Assembly: GCA_051362555.1 (NCBI GenBank)
Contig: CM120640.1
Span: forward strand, 8,618,001 to 8,682,000
Direction: 5' to 3'
DNA: 64,000 nt
DNA from: Lingula anatina
Taxonomy: Eukaryota; Animalia; Brachiopoda
Below, in pieces: positions 61,622-64,000 of this stretch. Position 1 is the first letter of the stretch; each line of letters starts with the position of its first letter. The position numbers were made by a program, and so were the translations under genes. Under the pieces are notes generated by a model. The model saw only the letters and a list, made by a program, of their open reading frames with translations. It was not told where the DNA came from and did no database searches.

Positions 61622-63431
61622 TTTGTAAGCCTGCAAAAAACACATTTTTGAAGTAATTATTTCAATAGATGATGCTTATGTTTATACATTCACAGAAATG
61701 TATACTTTTAACTTGCTGAAGTAAATGTTTTTCTTTCAGTTATTATACTTTTTTCTCAATAATTTATATAGAATAAAAAGTCACAATACTGTAAAAAATA
61801 ACACAAAGTTATGAGAATTAGGCTTGCCTTAAATAAAAAACACTCACACACACACACATATACAGTACCTTACCTAACAGAGTCAATATTATCTCCAGTA
61901 AAACACTGTGTATCATGTAATTTATTATGATATTTTAAAAGGTAAATTTTATAATTAAACTATGTGCTATAAAATATGAAATGGACAATATTATTCATTA
62001 TCTACTGCTTTAAATTACTCTCCCTTTCCTGAATAGTATAATGTAAGTGAGAGGTCACTGTGGTGAGAAAATCCCTATCCAGTATGTATCCTTCATCTAA
62101 TCTTACTTGTATTAATGATTACTCTAAGCATTATCATATTCACTGCCAATCTCCTCCCCAGATTAACACCATAGAACACACCTCATCATAGCTATTAAAG
62201 ATGTTTAATGCTGATGGAGGGCACATATTAATAGTAGCACCATCTAAAAGAACAGCAACTCAAAACATCATAAGGACCTAGTGTGTGCGTCACATGTAGC
62301 TTAGATAGGCCATAATACTCCCCATAGCAAACAGCAAAATGTGCAATTTCTTCACTGCAGCAGAGAAGTGAAGAAAATAGATCATAAATGATAGTTTTGG
62401 CATTTTATACACGCATGCTATAAAAATTATTTGCACAGATATATGTTATGGTATATGCATAATGGGTCCTTACTGTGAGTATTGAATGGTATTTTGATGT
62501 GTCACAATAATTTTATCCAATACATAGGCAAAATTCAAATTCAGCATTTCCTTGAAATTTCTCAACACCTGGCCTCTTTTTGAATGGGATCTAATTGCTG
62601 GTCTTTTTGATCAAACCAACCTCATAGGTAGTGTAACTTCCCAAGCCATCATTGTACATTGTCAAGTCTAGTCGTGTGAATTATGCATTTACGCAAAAAC
62701 ACTGCAAATTTGTTTGAAATTTAAATACCATGCAGTAGATGTTATACACAGTACAATGCACTGTATATGAAATTCTCATACGCTGTCCATAAACAAAAAC
62801 ACAAAATTCTTGTTATATACCAAGTACTTACTATATTCTAGTCCATATGTGGAAAAAGAGTCAGTCTGATTTATACAACTTGATTCAGCAAGAACATAAA
62901 TTTTTCTCAGTTCATAAGTTTAAGTCTAACAAAGAGTCAAAAAATTGGCCCATCGGCTCAGTCCTGTACTATCACCTACCTACTCCTCCTCCCTGCAGCT
63001 GCCCGCTATCATAACCTGATCACTGGCAGCACCTGACCATAAGTGAGTTGTCCAAAATATCCAACTGACCTCAAGGTATAACCCTTGTCCCCATGACCCC
63101 TCATTAAAGTCCACTGACACATTAGCAAGCAGTGTGAGTCAAATGATTACCCAGGGCATTACCTAATACATGACCTGTGTGAACCTGCCACATGGGATTT
63201 TATGACTTTTGATATTTGACCTCAGTGGGGATAAAAGGGGAGGTTCCACACATAGACATACTATCTCATGAAAGAGAGAAAGGTCATATTCCGAACAATA
63301 AAATTCCAGTGAATTTAAATGGCATACTTAATGGCCAGCATGAAGATGAAATGAAAAATTATATGGCAAATTCAACTGGATGTGACCCAAAGGCCCTTGC
63401 ACTTCACTAAAAATAACATTGTTTGACACCT

Positions 63432-63519
63432 TCAATGGGCAAAGCAAAATACATTAATTCTAAATCAAGTACAAGTCAATGGGCAAAGCAAAATACATTA
63501 ATTCTAAATCAAGTACAAG
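63432..63519. repeat. Perfect 44-bp tandem duplication
   Basis: tcaatgggcaaagcaaaatacattaattctaaatcaagtacaag at 63432 and 63476. Confidence 0.92.
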
Positions 63520-64000
63520 ACAAATGTACATTTAGATCATTTGCTATTTCAGGCAGTTTATTTATACAAATTACTTATAATGAACAAAATATATTCTGTC
63601 ACAAAATTCTTATCCTGACACAAATAAACATAATCATTAAGATGATTATAATGGTAATTGCAACCATTATTACATTTCTAGACTTTTCAAAATAAAAACA
63701 AGAAACAAACCGATAATTACACATGCATGTATATTCAATAGCTAGGAATTCAACCTCTGTTCACAATGCCTCTGATACCATCTAAAATCAATACAATGAG
63801 ATGTCAACCTTGTTTTTTTCACTGTGAGACATTTGTATCATCATATTACACTCGCTTGCCAACGCAGTCATAATGAACATCTATATTCCAGTCTATGTGG
63901 ACACAACCATACTTTAAATCTTGTAAAAAAAAATGACATTAAATTTTTGTGTTAAGAATGAGAAATAGTTAAGATTTTTTCACTCTTATTCAGTTTAAGA

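Overview
AT-rich, gene-dense genomic DNA from an invertebrate animal (spliceosomal GT-AG introns; species not determinable from sequence). I reconstructed the gene models by hand from splice sites and reading phase. In order: last exon of an UNC93A-like MFS gene (+); an 8-exon DED-like/NB-ARC (STAND)/TPR gene (-); a C6orf89 homolog (+) with an antisense GT11 alpha-1,2-fucosyltransferase nested in intron 1 and a Helentron-type element carrying a 146-bp tandem array in intron 5; TMEM41B/stasimon (-) with a U12-type intron, head-to-head with TTLL1 (+), whose intron 10 is filled with Helentron-type repeats; two divergently transcribed VKOR paralogs; CACUL1 (-); a MITE-rich intergenic stretch; and an Ikaros/Hunchback-type zinc-finger gene (-). 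The best candidates for new biology are the DED-STAND-TPR putative immune/cell-death receptor and the head-to-head, asymmetrically diverged VKOR pair. I saw no rRNA, tRNA or CRISPR array. All homology calls come from motif recognition, not database searches.
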